Assembly (NCBI GenBank): GCA_044376115.1
Contig: JBILLK010000005.1
Span: 352,001 to 416,000 of the forward strand
From: Polyangiaceae bacterium
GTDB lineage: Bacteria; Myxococcota_A; Polyangia; Polyangiales; Polyangiaceae
DNA: 64,000 nt
Reading direction: 5' to 3'
The notes under the pieces are model-generated. The model was not told the origin of the DNA, ran no database searches, and worked only from the letters and a program-made list of their open reading frames with translations. Shown here in pieces: positions 19,767 through 28,174 of the stretch (positions within the stretch are counted from its first letter, which is position 1; every line of letters starts with the position of its first letter). The position numbers and the translations under genes were made by a program.

Positions 19767-21797
19767 GTGCTAACCGACCCATCTAACGTGTCCGAAGTTC
19801 GCCCGGAGACGGCTCGCCTTAGGAGCCCAGCACGCTGGCTCGCCGCCGCGGCCGCGTCGATCTGCGTGCTCGGCGGGGCGATTAGCGCGCCGGCGTTTGC
19901 ACCACCGGAGGGCACGGTGGCTTCGGGTGTTGTCGTCGCCGAGGTTCCGCTCGGCGGCGCTAGTGAGGCCGACGCGCGGGCTCGCCTCGAAGAGCTCGGT
20001 CGTTCGCTCGAGCACCGCGAGCTGCGTTTGGTTGCGCAGCCCAAGGAGACCATCGTTTCGTTGGCGCAGCTAGGCGTCCAACTCGACGTCGAGGCGACCT
20101 TGGAGCGGGTGATGACGGTGGCTCGTGAGGGCGGGTTTGCCGGCGCTTCGCGAGCATTTCTTCGCACCCGTACCGACGTCCCGTTTGTATTCACGCTCGA
20201 TGAAGGCGCGTTCAACGAGATCGTTCCGAGCATCGAAGAGGTGCTCGTGGATGACCCTCCTTTCGACGGAGCGATTCACGTGGAGGACGGCGTTCCGCGT
20301 GGCGAGTTGCCTCGCACCGGCCATCGCATCGAGCGTCAGGAGCTGGAGCAGGCCATTCGCGCGAACGTGGCGTTGACCGGCCAGAGTTCGATCACGGTGC
20401 CGTTGCAAACGATCGTTCCGCCGCTCACCGAGGCCGACGTACAGCTCAAGGTCGAAGAGGCGAAGGTCATTCTCTCAGGCCCCATCACGCTTTGGTATGC
20501 GCCGCCGGAGGAGCTCGTCGCGCAGCTGCGCAAAGAGAATGAAGAGGCGGAGAAGCGTTTCAAAGACGAGGCCGATCGGGCGAAATGGAAGATGCCCAAG
20601 CGCAAGAGTCGCATGAAGCGAAAGGGGAAACGGCTGGTCGAGGAGACCACCAAAGCCAAGCCCGACACGCTGCCGTTGCCCGAGTCTGTCGAGCTGCAGT
20701 TCACCCAACAGGACCTGCTGCTGGCCTTTCGCGCTCACCGTGTCGATGTCCCGTCGCCACGCTTCATCGTCGAGCTCGATGAGGCGGAGGTGAAACGCAA
20801 GCTCGCGCCTGTCGTTCCCAAGCTGTACAACGCGGCTCGCGACGCGCGCTTCGACATCGACGCTCAGAACCGCATCACCATCCAGAAGAGCCGTCCTGGT
20901 ACCCGTGTGGATCACTCCCGGTTGGTGGAAGCGCTGTACAAGGCGGCCCTCACTCCCGATCGGCGTGGTCCGCTCCCAGTCGACAACAACGCGGAGCCGC
21001 AGTTCACCACCACCGCTGCTGAGGCTCTTGCAATCAAGGGCCTGGTGTCAGAGTTCACGACGCACCACGCCTGCTGCCAGGCGCGCGTGAAGAACATCCA
21101 CCGCATCTGCGACATGTTGAACGGCACCATCGTCAAGGCCGGCGATACGATGAGCGTCAACTCCATGGTCGGCCCCCGCACCTTGGAGCGCGGCTTCTTG
21201 ATGGCTCCCAGCATTGGGGACGGTGAAATGACCGAGACGCCAGGCGGAGGCGTCAGCCAGTTCGCCACCACCCTCTACAACGCCTTGTTCGACGGTGGGT
21301 ACGTCGTGCGTCAACGGCAAGCCCACAGCTTCTACTTCTCGCGGTACCCCATGGGCATCGAGGCCACGCTCTCGTACCCGTCGCCCGATCTGGTGTTCAT
21401 GAACGACACCAAAGCGGCTCTCTTGCTGCGCTGCGACTACGGCGAGACCTTCATTCGGGTTCGGCTATTCGGGGATAACGGCGGGCGCAGGGTAGACCGC
21501 GAGGTTTCCCGGCCGTTCAGCTACACCGACCCGCGTGTAGAGTACGTGGGCAAGCGCTCACGGGATCCTGACGACGATAAAGTGAAAGACCACGGGTCCC
21601 ACGGCTTCTCTGTCGTCACCAGCCGGCGCATCACCGAAGCAGATGGCACCTCGCGGGTTGAAAAGCGAACCATCAAGTACGTAGGTAAGCCCAAGTTGAT
21701 TGAGGTTCACCCTTGCCGGATTCCGAAACACGAAAAGGGATACACGGGAGAGCGTTGTCCCAAGCCCGAAGAGCTTGAAGACCCACCGGCGCCGTAA
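19767..21797 (+). CDS. VanW family protein (PG_binding_4 + VanW + G5-like)
   Basis: N-terminal TM/signal; RVKNI...LNGTIV...GGGVSQFATTLYNA...H S...YPMGIEAT...DLVFMN motifs. Confidence 0.88.
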   Translation: MLTDPSNVSEVRPETARLRSPARWLAAAAASICVLGGAISAPAFAPPEGTVASGVVVAEVPLGGASEADARARLEELGRSLEHRELRLVAQPKETIVSLAQLGVQLDVEATLERVMTVAREGGFAGASRAFLRTRTDVPFVFTLDEGAFNEIVPSIEEVLVDDPPFDGAIHVEDGVPRGELPRTGHRIERQELEQAIRANVALTGQSSITVPLQTIVPPLTEADVQLKVEEAKVILSGPITLWYAPPEELVAQLRKENEEAEKRFKDEADRAKWKMPKRKSRMKRKGKRLVEETTKAKPDTLPLPESVELQFTQQDLLLAFRAHRVDVPSPRFIVELDEAEVKRKLAPVVPKLYNAARDARFDIDAQNRITIQKSRPGTRVDHSRLVEALYKAALTPDRRGPLPVDNNAEPQFTTTAAEALAIKGLVSEFTTHHACCQARVKNIHRICDMLNGTIVKAGDTMSVNSMVGPRTLERGFLMAPSIGDGEMTETPGGGVSQFATTLYNALFDGGYVVRQRQAHSFYFSRYPMGIEATLSYPSPDLVFMNDTKAALLLRCDYGETFIRVRLFGDNGGRRVDREVSRPFSYTDPRVEYVGKRSRDPDDDKVKDHGSHGFSVVTSRRITEADGTSRVEKRTIKYVGKPKLIEVHPCRIPKHEKGYTGERCPKPEELEDPPAP

Positions 21798-21914
21798 GCT
21801 GGGCGCTCATGACGTTTGGTAAGTCGCGCGATTCCGCTGGTTTGTTCAAATCTGTTGAATGGACGGTTAACTTTATCTGGAGTGCTGGCGGCTTCGATCC
21901 ACTGGAACTCCTAG

Positions 21915-23108
21915 ATGGTCGCCTTCGCCTTTGAACCGCCGCACGAACAGTTGGCTCCCTTGCCGAAGGTTCTCATCGTGGATGACGACTCGCTCGTGCT
22001 GAGGTCACTCCAACGAGCGCTTTCGGCCCAGAGCTTTCACGTGGTCGCGTTGAGCGACGTGCATGAGGCGATGCGCGTGGTGGAGGCAGAAAACTTCGAC
22101 TGCGTTTTATGCGACATTCGGATGCCAAAGATGAGCGGCTTGGGGTTTGCGCGCTTCGTACGCTCGCTGGCACCTGAGGTCCCCATTCTATTGATGACAG
22201 GGGACCCGCAGCTCGAATCAGCGATTGAGGCCATTGAGGTCGGGATCCTCGAGTATCTGCCCAAGCCGATAGAGCCTAGCAAGCTTCGCAGCTCTGTCGC
22301 CCGAGCCGTAAAGCTCAATCGCTTTGCGCGTCTTCGCCGCGAAGCGCACGACGTCATCAAGTCTGAGCCACCGATGTCACGCGCTGACAAGCTGAGCGGC
22401 GCCTTTGACCGTGCCATGGCCAGCCTGTTCGTGGTGTTTCAACCAATCGTCATCCCCGAGACTGAAAAGCTCTTCGGTTATGAGGCATTGCTTCGCTCCC
22501 GTGAGCCGGAGTTGCCGACGCCGCCGCACGTGATTGAGGCCGCTGAGACGTTGGGCCGCACCAGTGAGGTAGGTGCGAAAGTCCGCTCGCTCGCGAGCTC
22601 AGCCTTCTTGGCGGCGCCTGCAGACGGCCTCTTGTTCTTGAACATCCTACCGCTCGACCTCTTGGATGAAGATCTTTATGCGGCAGGAACGCCCTTGTCG
22701 GACTTATCTGAGCGCATCGTGTTGGAGGTGACGGAGCGAGCCGATCTTGCCAAGGTCAAAGACGCTTTACCCAGGATTCAACGCTTGCGCACTCTTGGCT
22801 ATCGCATTGCAGTTGACGATCTCGGCGCAGGCTACGCTGGGCTCTCGAGCTTTGCCGCGCTCGAGCCCGAGTTCACCAAACTCGATATGAGCCTGATCCG
22901 GGGAGCGCACGCTTCCAGCGTCAAGCAAAGGGTCATTGGCTCGATTGTGTCACTCTGTCGGGACCTGGGAAGTCGAGTGGTTGCGGAGGGCATCGAGACT
23001 CGCGCTGACCGCGATACCCTTGTGCGTTTGGGGTGCGAACTCCAGCAAGGCTACTACTTTGCAAAGCCAGGGCCGGCCTTCCCAGCCATAACCTGGGACG
23101 CTCCCTGA
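21915..23108 (+). CDS. Response regulator receiver + EAL c-di-GMP phosphodiesterase
   Basis: REC: VDDD, CDIRMP, LMTG, LPKP. EAL: YEALLR, FLNI, LEVTE, DDLGAGY, KLD, AEGIET, QGYYF. Confidence 0.93.
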   Translation: MVAFAFEPPHEQLAPLPKVLIVDDDSLVLRSLQRALSAQSFHVVALSDVHEAMRVVEAENFDCVLCDIRMPKMSGLGFARFVRSLAPEVPILLMTGDPQLESAIEAIEVGILEYLPKPIEPSKLRSSVARAVKLNRFARLRREAHDVIKSEPPMSRADKLSGAFDRAMASLFVVFQPIVIPETEKLFGYEALLRSREPELPTPPHVIEAAETLGRTSEVGAKVRSLASSAFLAAPADGLLFLNILPLDLLDEDLYAAGTPLSDLSERIVLEVTERADLAKVKDALPRIQRLRTLGYRIAVDDLGAGYAGLSSFAALEPEFTKLDMSLIRGAHASSVKQRVIGSIVSLCRDLGSRVVAEGIETRADRDTLVRLGCELQQGYYFAKPGPAFPAITWDAP

Positions 23109-23206
23109 CCTCGCCGCCAGCTGGCCAACCAGCGCAGCCCTAAGCGCTGCGCTCCGTCGATTGTCGCTTCGAGCCAACCCACAGCGCAGCTACGCTGCCG
23201 CTCGAC

Positions 23207-25093
23207 ATGACCCGCGAGTCCAGCGATCGATCGACGATTCCGATGCGAGGCCGCGCACACGTCGAGTTGCGCGACACCGTCGCCACCGCTCCGACGGCGA
23301 CCATTGCACCGAGCGTATTGCTCGAGCCGTTTCGCGCCTTGGAGGTCCCCGAGGCGCGCTACCACGTAGTTGAGCGGCTCGGGATCGGCGGTATGGGCGA
23401 AGTGTCGGCCACCTTCGATGCGAAGATCGGTCGAGAGATCGCGCTCAAGACGATGATTACTCAGGCCCCCGCGGAGATGCCGTTGGCGCAGCGCCGCTTT
23501 CTGCGCGAGGCGCGCGTGCAGGCTCTGCTCGAGCACCCCGCGATTGTTCCCGTCTATGACATCGGACTAGGCCCCGACGGGATGCCCTTCTTTACGATGA
23601 AGCGCGTTCGGGGCGAGACGCTCTTTACGATGCTGGAGGACGTACGGCAGGGCCAACGGGCAACGTTGCGCCGGCTCAGTCGTCACCGGCTACTAGCGGC
23701 CTTCATGACCGTTTGTATGGCTATCGATTACGCGCATGAGCGTGGCGTCGTGCACCGCGATCTGAAGCCGGAGAACATCATGTTGGGCCCTCACGGCGAG
23801 GTCTATGTGCTTGATTGGGGGCTGGCTCGGGTCACCGAGCTTCATCCCAGCGGGCCTGCGCCGGATGCCGCGCTCGGGGACTCCGGAACCAACCCAGGCG
23901 ATATGATCGGAACACCGGGCTTCATGCCGCCCGAGCAGGTGCTCGGCCAGCACGATCAAGTCGACCGGCGCTCCGACGTCTACGCGTTGGGGGCCATTCT
24001 GTACGAAATTCTAACGTTCAAACCGCTCCATGAAGGAGCCGACGTAATGACCATTCTCGAGTCCACGCTCAATCCGACGCGGGTCACGCCAGCGGGCGCG
24101 ATGGACGTCCCGCCCGAACTCTTGGCCATCGTCGACCGGGCTACGCGGTTTCACAAGGATCAGCGCCACGCGACCGCCCGCGCGATCAGCGAGGCGATCG
24201 AGAGCTACCTCGATGGCGACCGCGATCAAGAGAGTCGAGCAAAGCTCGCTGCCGGTCGAATCGCCAGCGCCCAACGTGAGTTGGCGCTCGCCCTCGAAGG
24301 GCCGCCCGAGCAAAGGGAGCGCGCTCGCGTGGCGGCGTTGCGCCAGGCGGGTGGAGCGTTGGCTTTGTCCCCCAAGGACGCAGCCGCTACTGCGTTGGTG
24401 CTCGAGGTATTGTCGCACCCTCCGCCGGTCACTCCCATTGAGGTAAAGCGCGAACTCGCGTCGATCGATGTTGGGCATTCGCGGGTCGCTATGAGAGATA
24501 ACGCCCTGCGTATCTTCTCTTGGTTTGTGATCGTTCCGTTTGCCGTGGTGCTAGGGATCCGGTCGGATTGGTATGCCGCCATCATGGTGGGGATGTTGAG
24601 CTTTTGCGCGATCCTGGCCCTGTTCATGTGGAAACGGCAGCTCGTCTCCACGTTGCCTCGGTTCATTCTCTACTGCGGTACCTCCGTTGTTTTTGGTGGG
24701 ATGAGCGGTCTATTCGGGCCGTTCATGGTGGTGCCGGCGCTGGCGGCGATCAACGCGGTGACCTTTAGCTTGCAGTCACCTAAACGGGAACGCGCGGCGA
24801 TCGTCGCTATTGGTGTATTGCCCTTTTTGGTCCCGATGTTTCTCGAGCTCTTGGGGGTGGTGCCAGCCTCCTTCGAGTTCGCGCATGAAGCCATCGTGAT
24901 CCGCAGTCGGTTGGTGAACTTTCCTCCGCAGCTGACCTTCTTGTTTCTCTCGCTGGTCAGCTCCTTCGGCATCGCTACGCCGGTGTTTCTCACCGGGCGG
25001 CTGCGTGACCAGCTGCGATCGGTCGAGGCAAAGCTCGCGCTGCAGAAGTGGCAGTTTGCGCAGCTCTCTCAAGCTCGCCCGACAGCGGGCTAA
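23207..25093 (+). CDS. Ser/Thr protein kinase with C-terminal multi-pass membrane domain
   Basis: GIGGMGEV, ALK, HRDLKPEN, DWG, GTPGFMPPE; about 5-6 hydrophobic segments at the C-terminus. Confidence 0.92.
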   Translation: MTRESSDRSTIPMRGRAHVELRDTVATAPTATIAPSVLLEPFRALEVPEARYHVVERLGIGGMGEVSATFDAKIGREIALKTMITQAPAEMPLAQRRFLREARVQALLEHPAIVPVYDIGLGPDGMPFFTMKRVRGETLFTMLEDVRQGQRATLRRLSRHRLLAAFMTVCMAIDYAHERGVVHRDLKPENIMLGPHGEVYVLDWGLARVTELHPSGPAPDAALGDSGTNPGDMIGTPGFMPPEQVLGQHDQVDRRSDVYALGAILYEILTFKPLHEGADVMTILESTLNPTRVTPAGAMDVPPELLAIVDRATRFHKDQRHATARAISEAIESYLDGDRDQESRAKLAAGRIASAQRELALALEGPPEQRERARVAALRQAGGALALSPKDAAATALVLEVLSHPPPVTPIEVKRELASIDVGHSRVAMRDNALRIFSWFVIVPFAVVLGIRSDWYAAIMVGMLSFCAILALFMWKRQLVSTLPRFILYCGTSVVFGGMSGLFGPFMVVPALAAINAVTFSLQSPKRERAAIVAIGVLPFLVPMFLELLGVVPASFEFAHEAIVIRSRLVNFPPQLTFLFLSLVSSFGIATPVFLTGRLRDQLRSVEAKLALQKWQFAQLSQARPTAG

Positions 25094-25992
25094 GCCCCGT
25101 CTGCGGGCCGATCATTGGGCTCGAGCACGATGTCGTGAAACTTTGAATAGTCGATGATTCGCGTCTGATCCGGCTCGGTCGTGATGATGTCGGCGAAGCG
25201 CGCTCCCCACACGATGTCGTCGAGCTCATAGGTGTAGCGAGCGTGAACCGTCTGCGCGATCGTCTCGTCCAGGCCGCTCAGGCTCAGTAAGACCAAACCA
25301 GATCGCTCCCGCAGCGCTTCCTTTGCGTTCGGACCGAAGAACGGGCTCTTCTCATCTACCTCGTGAATGGCGGTCCAACTCAGTCGGAAGAACGGGTTCT
25401 GATCGCGCAGCAGCGGCAAAATGTGCGGGACGCGCAGCCGCTCGCCTTCTGTGGTCACCAAATCCAACAACACCAGTACTTTGAGCGAAGCCTCGACGAT
25501 CGTGTTGTGCCGCGCATTGGCCATGCGGAACATGAGGCAAGGTTTGCCGTTGCGCCGCCCGATCACTGCACGCGAAGTAAACATCACGCGTGAGCTCGGT
25601 TTTGCAAACTTGGAGAACGTTAGCCCAGTAGCGATCGCCAGAGACAAGAGGCCGGTCAGTGCCTCGAGCGTAACGATGCATTGTGCATAGACCGTCGTAG
25701 GCGACAGAACGCCGTAGCCAATGGTGCCCATCGTTTGCACCGAGAAGAAGAAGGCGTCGCCAAAGGAGCCAGGCCGCGCCCCAGCGATGCACCCAGGTTG
25801 CAGCAGGTACAGGCAGGCAAAGAAGGTATTGACGGCTAGGAAGCCGGCGCCCGCGAGGAGGAAGAACAGCCACCACGGCATCGTGAGAACCCGATGGTAG
25901 AGGTCCTCGTGGAAGCCCGTTTGAAGCCCAATAGTCCGGACCTTGAACAATTCTTTGGGCGGGGTGGGCTTCGGTTTGCTCGGCTTGCTCAA
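25090..25992 (-). CDS. KirBac-type inward-rectifier potassium channel
   Basis: Filter FFFSVQTMGTIGYG; two TM helices; cytoplasmic motifs LMFRMAN and HEVDEKSP. Confidence 0.93.
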   Translation of the reverse strand: MSKPSKPKPTPPKELFKVRTIGLQTGFHEDLYHRVLTMPWWLFFLLAGAGFLAVNTFFACLYLLQPGCIAGARPGSFGDAFFFSVQTMGTIGYGVLSPTTVYAQCIVTLEALTGLLSLAIATGLTFSKFAKPSSRVMFTSRAVIGRRNGKPCLMFRMANARHNTIVEASLKVLVLLDLVTTEGERLRVPHILPLLRDQNPFFRLSWTAIHEVDEKSPFFGPNAKEALRERSGLVLLSLSGLDETIAQTVHARYTYELDDIVWGARFADIITTEPDQTRIIDYSKFHDIVLEPNDRPADGA

Positions 25993-26153
25993 AGTGGCCG
26001 GAGCTTAGCGTCCCAGCGTTGGTGCGCGCGAGCTGGTCATTCCCACGCGCAGTTCGTTCACCCGCGAAGTTGCACCTTTCATATTTGAATCGCGCCCTGC
26101 TAGGGCGCTGGGCTCAGCAGGCGGTTTTTCTCGCGAAAACGCAGTGCGTGCGC

Positions 26154-26170
26154 TTGGCACGAACCTTGGA
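26154..26170 (+). promoter_or_regulatory. Sigma54-type -24/-12 promoter candidate
   Basis: TTGGCACG-AACC-TTGGA versus consensus TGGCACG-N4-TTGCW; one mismatch, at the conserved -12 C. Confidence 0.55.
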
Positions 26171-26181
26171 TAAGGGCTAAC

Positions 26182-26234
26182 GAGCGCCTGTGACGTTATC
26201 CCCCCAAAACGTCGAGCAGGCGCTTTTTCTTTTT
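26182..26234 (+). ncRNA. Putative small hairpin RNA ending in an intrinsic terminator
   Basis: Stem AGCGCCTG-TGACGTT / AACGTCG-(AG)-CAGGCGCT, loop ATCCCCCCAA, then TTTTCTTTTT. Antisense to both flanking genes; begins about 12 nt after the -12 box. Confidence 0.5.
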
Positions 26235-26267
26235 GTGCTTCAGCCGTTCAGCACGGTGCCGCGACCA

Positions 26268-28163
26268 TCACTCGACGAGGACCAGAGCTGATTGTGGCGC
26301 CATCGGCGGATCGATAATGACCGTACCGCCAGCCCCAACTGTGACCTCCCTACCGGACCCGAGCGCGTCCTTGAGTTGAGTGCCAGCCTCGCGGTTGACC
26401 TTCATGGGAGCGCCCTCAAAAGCGGGGGCGCCCTCCTTGTCCTCGCGCGCGTTGAAGATCACTAACGCGTAGTCATTGCCCGCGTCCCCACCGCTGCGCT
26501 CAAAAGCAAAGATGCCAGCATCCTCCTCGTCCCCGCCACGTTCAGAGGACCAGACGACGCCGATAGCGCCCTTGCGAAGCGCGGCGCTCTCTTTGCGGAT
26601 CTTGGCCAACTTCTGAATGTGTTTGAAGGTGCTGTTGTCTTTGGCAAAGCCAGTAGGCCAAAGGTCTTCACGATTGGAGGGATCATTGCCTCCGGCGAAC
26701 TCCTGCTCCGTCCCGTAATAGAGACAAGGGATTCCCTGCGTCGTAAAGGTGAAGGTCAGGGCGTTGGCCAAGCCCTTCTTCGTGCCCGTGAACAGGTAGC
26801 GAGGTACGTCGTGGTTGTCGATGAAGTTGATTGGAACGTCGCGTGGGGCGACGCCAATGCCAAGCTCAGCCGGCTCCAAGCCCCAATTCTGATCGCGAAG
26901 CTTCCACAAGTCTTCAATGCGTTTGGTACTTTGGCCTAGCTGGAAAACATCACGAATGGCCGTGAAGTATTGAGGGAAGTAGAACGCGCTATCGAGCTGG
27001 TCGCCCGTTAGCTCCCGGCCGTCTGTAACGCATTCATTCTCGAGGGCTAGTTGTTCTGCCGCCGGCGGATCCGTCTTGGTAAAGGCGCCTACGAGATTGT
27101 CCCGCCCGTCGAAGGCTTCACCAAACATGATGAAGTTCTTCTTTCCTTTGGCAGCCAACCGTTGCCGAAGCTTCTGGGTGAAAAAACGCCAAAATTCGCG
27201 CTCTACGTGTTTGACCGTATCAATTCTAAAGCCGTCAATATCCGTTTGCAGGACCCAATCGGCGTAGACGTCAACCATGGTCTCTTTGACTGCAACGCCG
27301 TCGCGCGGACCGCAAAGCGCAGTATTGACGTCTTTGAGGCCACCGGGGAAGTCACCTTTGATTAGCTGCTCCGGATCCTCGAAGTTTACGGTTCTGCCCT
27401 TGCGGTTGAACGCGCGCGGGTCTTGGAACAGCTCCGGCATCGGCGGGACATGGTTCGTCGGCGGATCGTAGACAAAGATGGTGGGGGCAGGCCCTGCCTC
27501 TCCCAGCGAGGTCTCGGATTGGATGCCGCGCGGATCGAAATCGGGATCATACTCATTGATGTGAACGACTTGCGAACTCTCCCCGTTGCCGGAGAGCTGC
27601 TCGTCCGGTTGGCCATTCATGTTGATATCGTAGTAAAAAAGCTGGCCTAGGTGATTCGTCACGATGTCGACGATGATCTTCATCTTCCGCTCGTGCGCGG
27701 CGAATACCAAGCTACGCAGCGCAGCGAGATCCCCGAAGTGCGGATTGAGCGCCGTCAAGTCCTGTGCCCAATAGCCGTGATACCCATCGAAGCCGGCGTC
27801 GGTGTCGACGTTCTTGATGATCGGCGAGATCCATAAAGTGGTTACGCCAAGCTCCTCCAAGTAGTCGAGTTGGTCCTCGAGACCCTTCCAATCACCACCG
27901 TGGTACTTGCCCATCGCCGAGCGGTCGACGCCAAAGTTGTTGCCCGTGTCCCCGTCGGCAAAGCGGTCGATCAGGACCTGGTAGATCACCTCGTCGCGCC
28001 AATCCGTGACCTGGGTGGACATTGCGATCTCACCCTCGAGTCCCTCCTCGTAGCTCATGCAGCCGCCGCTGCTGGAGGCGCCGCCGATGACTGCAAGCCC
28101 GAGGGTGCAAAACACGCCAGCGATTGTTCGGCCAAAGCGGTTTGATCGTTTCATCCGGATCAT
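26268..28163 (-). CDS. GH13 alpha-amylase family lipoprotein
   Basis: Conserved regions DIVTNH, GFRIDTVKH, MFGEAF, FIDNHD, plus YYGTEQ. GAGGAG SD before ATG 28163; possible lipobox SGGC. Confidence 0.9.
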   Translation of the reverse strand: MIRMKRSNRFGRTIAGVFCTLGLAVIGGASSSGGCMSYEEGLEGEIAMSTQVTDWRDEVIYQVLIDRFADGDTGNNFGVDRSAMGKYHGGDWKGLEDQLDYLEELGVTTLWISPIIKNVDTDAGFDGYHGYWAQDLTALNPHFGDLAALRSLVFAAHERKMKIIVDIVTNHLGQLFYYDINMNGQPDEQLSGNGESSQVVHINEYDPDFDPRGIQSETSLGEAGPAPTIFVYDPPTNHVPPMPELFQDPRAFNRKGRTVNFEDPEQLIKGDFPGGLKDVNTALCGPRDGVAVKETMVDVYADWVLQTDIDGFRIDTVKHVEREFWRFFTQKLRQRLAAKGKKNFIMFGEAFDGRDNLVGAFTKTDPPAAEQLALENECVTDGRELTGDQLDSAFYFPQYFTAIRDVFQLGQSTKRIEDLWKLRDQNWGLEPAELGIGVAPRDVPINFIDNHDVPRYLFTGTKKGLANALTFTFTTQGIPCLYYGTEQEFAGGNDPSNREDLWPTGFAKDNSTFKHIQKLAKIRKESAALRKGAIGVVWSSERGGDEEDAGIFAFERSGGDAGNDYALVIFNAREDKEGAPAFEGAPMKVNREAGTQLKDALGSGREVTVGAGGTVIIDPPMAPQSALVLVE

Positions 28164-28174
28164 GTGCGTGCTCC

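Noticed and set aside
16947..21797. Vancomycin-resistance cluster
   Set aside because: The ligase is of D-Ala-D-Ala type, and vanH, vanX, vanY and vanRS are absent.
21845..21859. TTCAA-N5-TTGAA palindrome upstream of the REC-EAL gene
   Set aside because: Short, single occurrence and not assignable to a known regulator.
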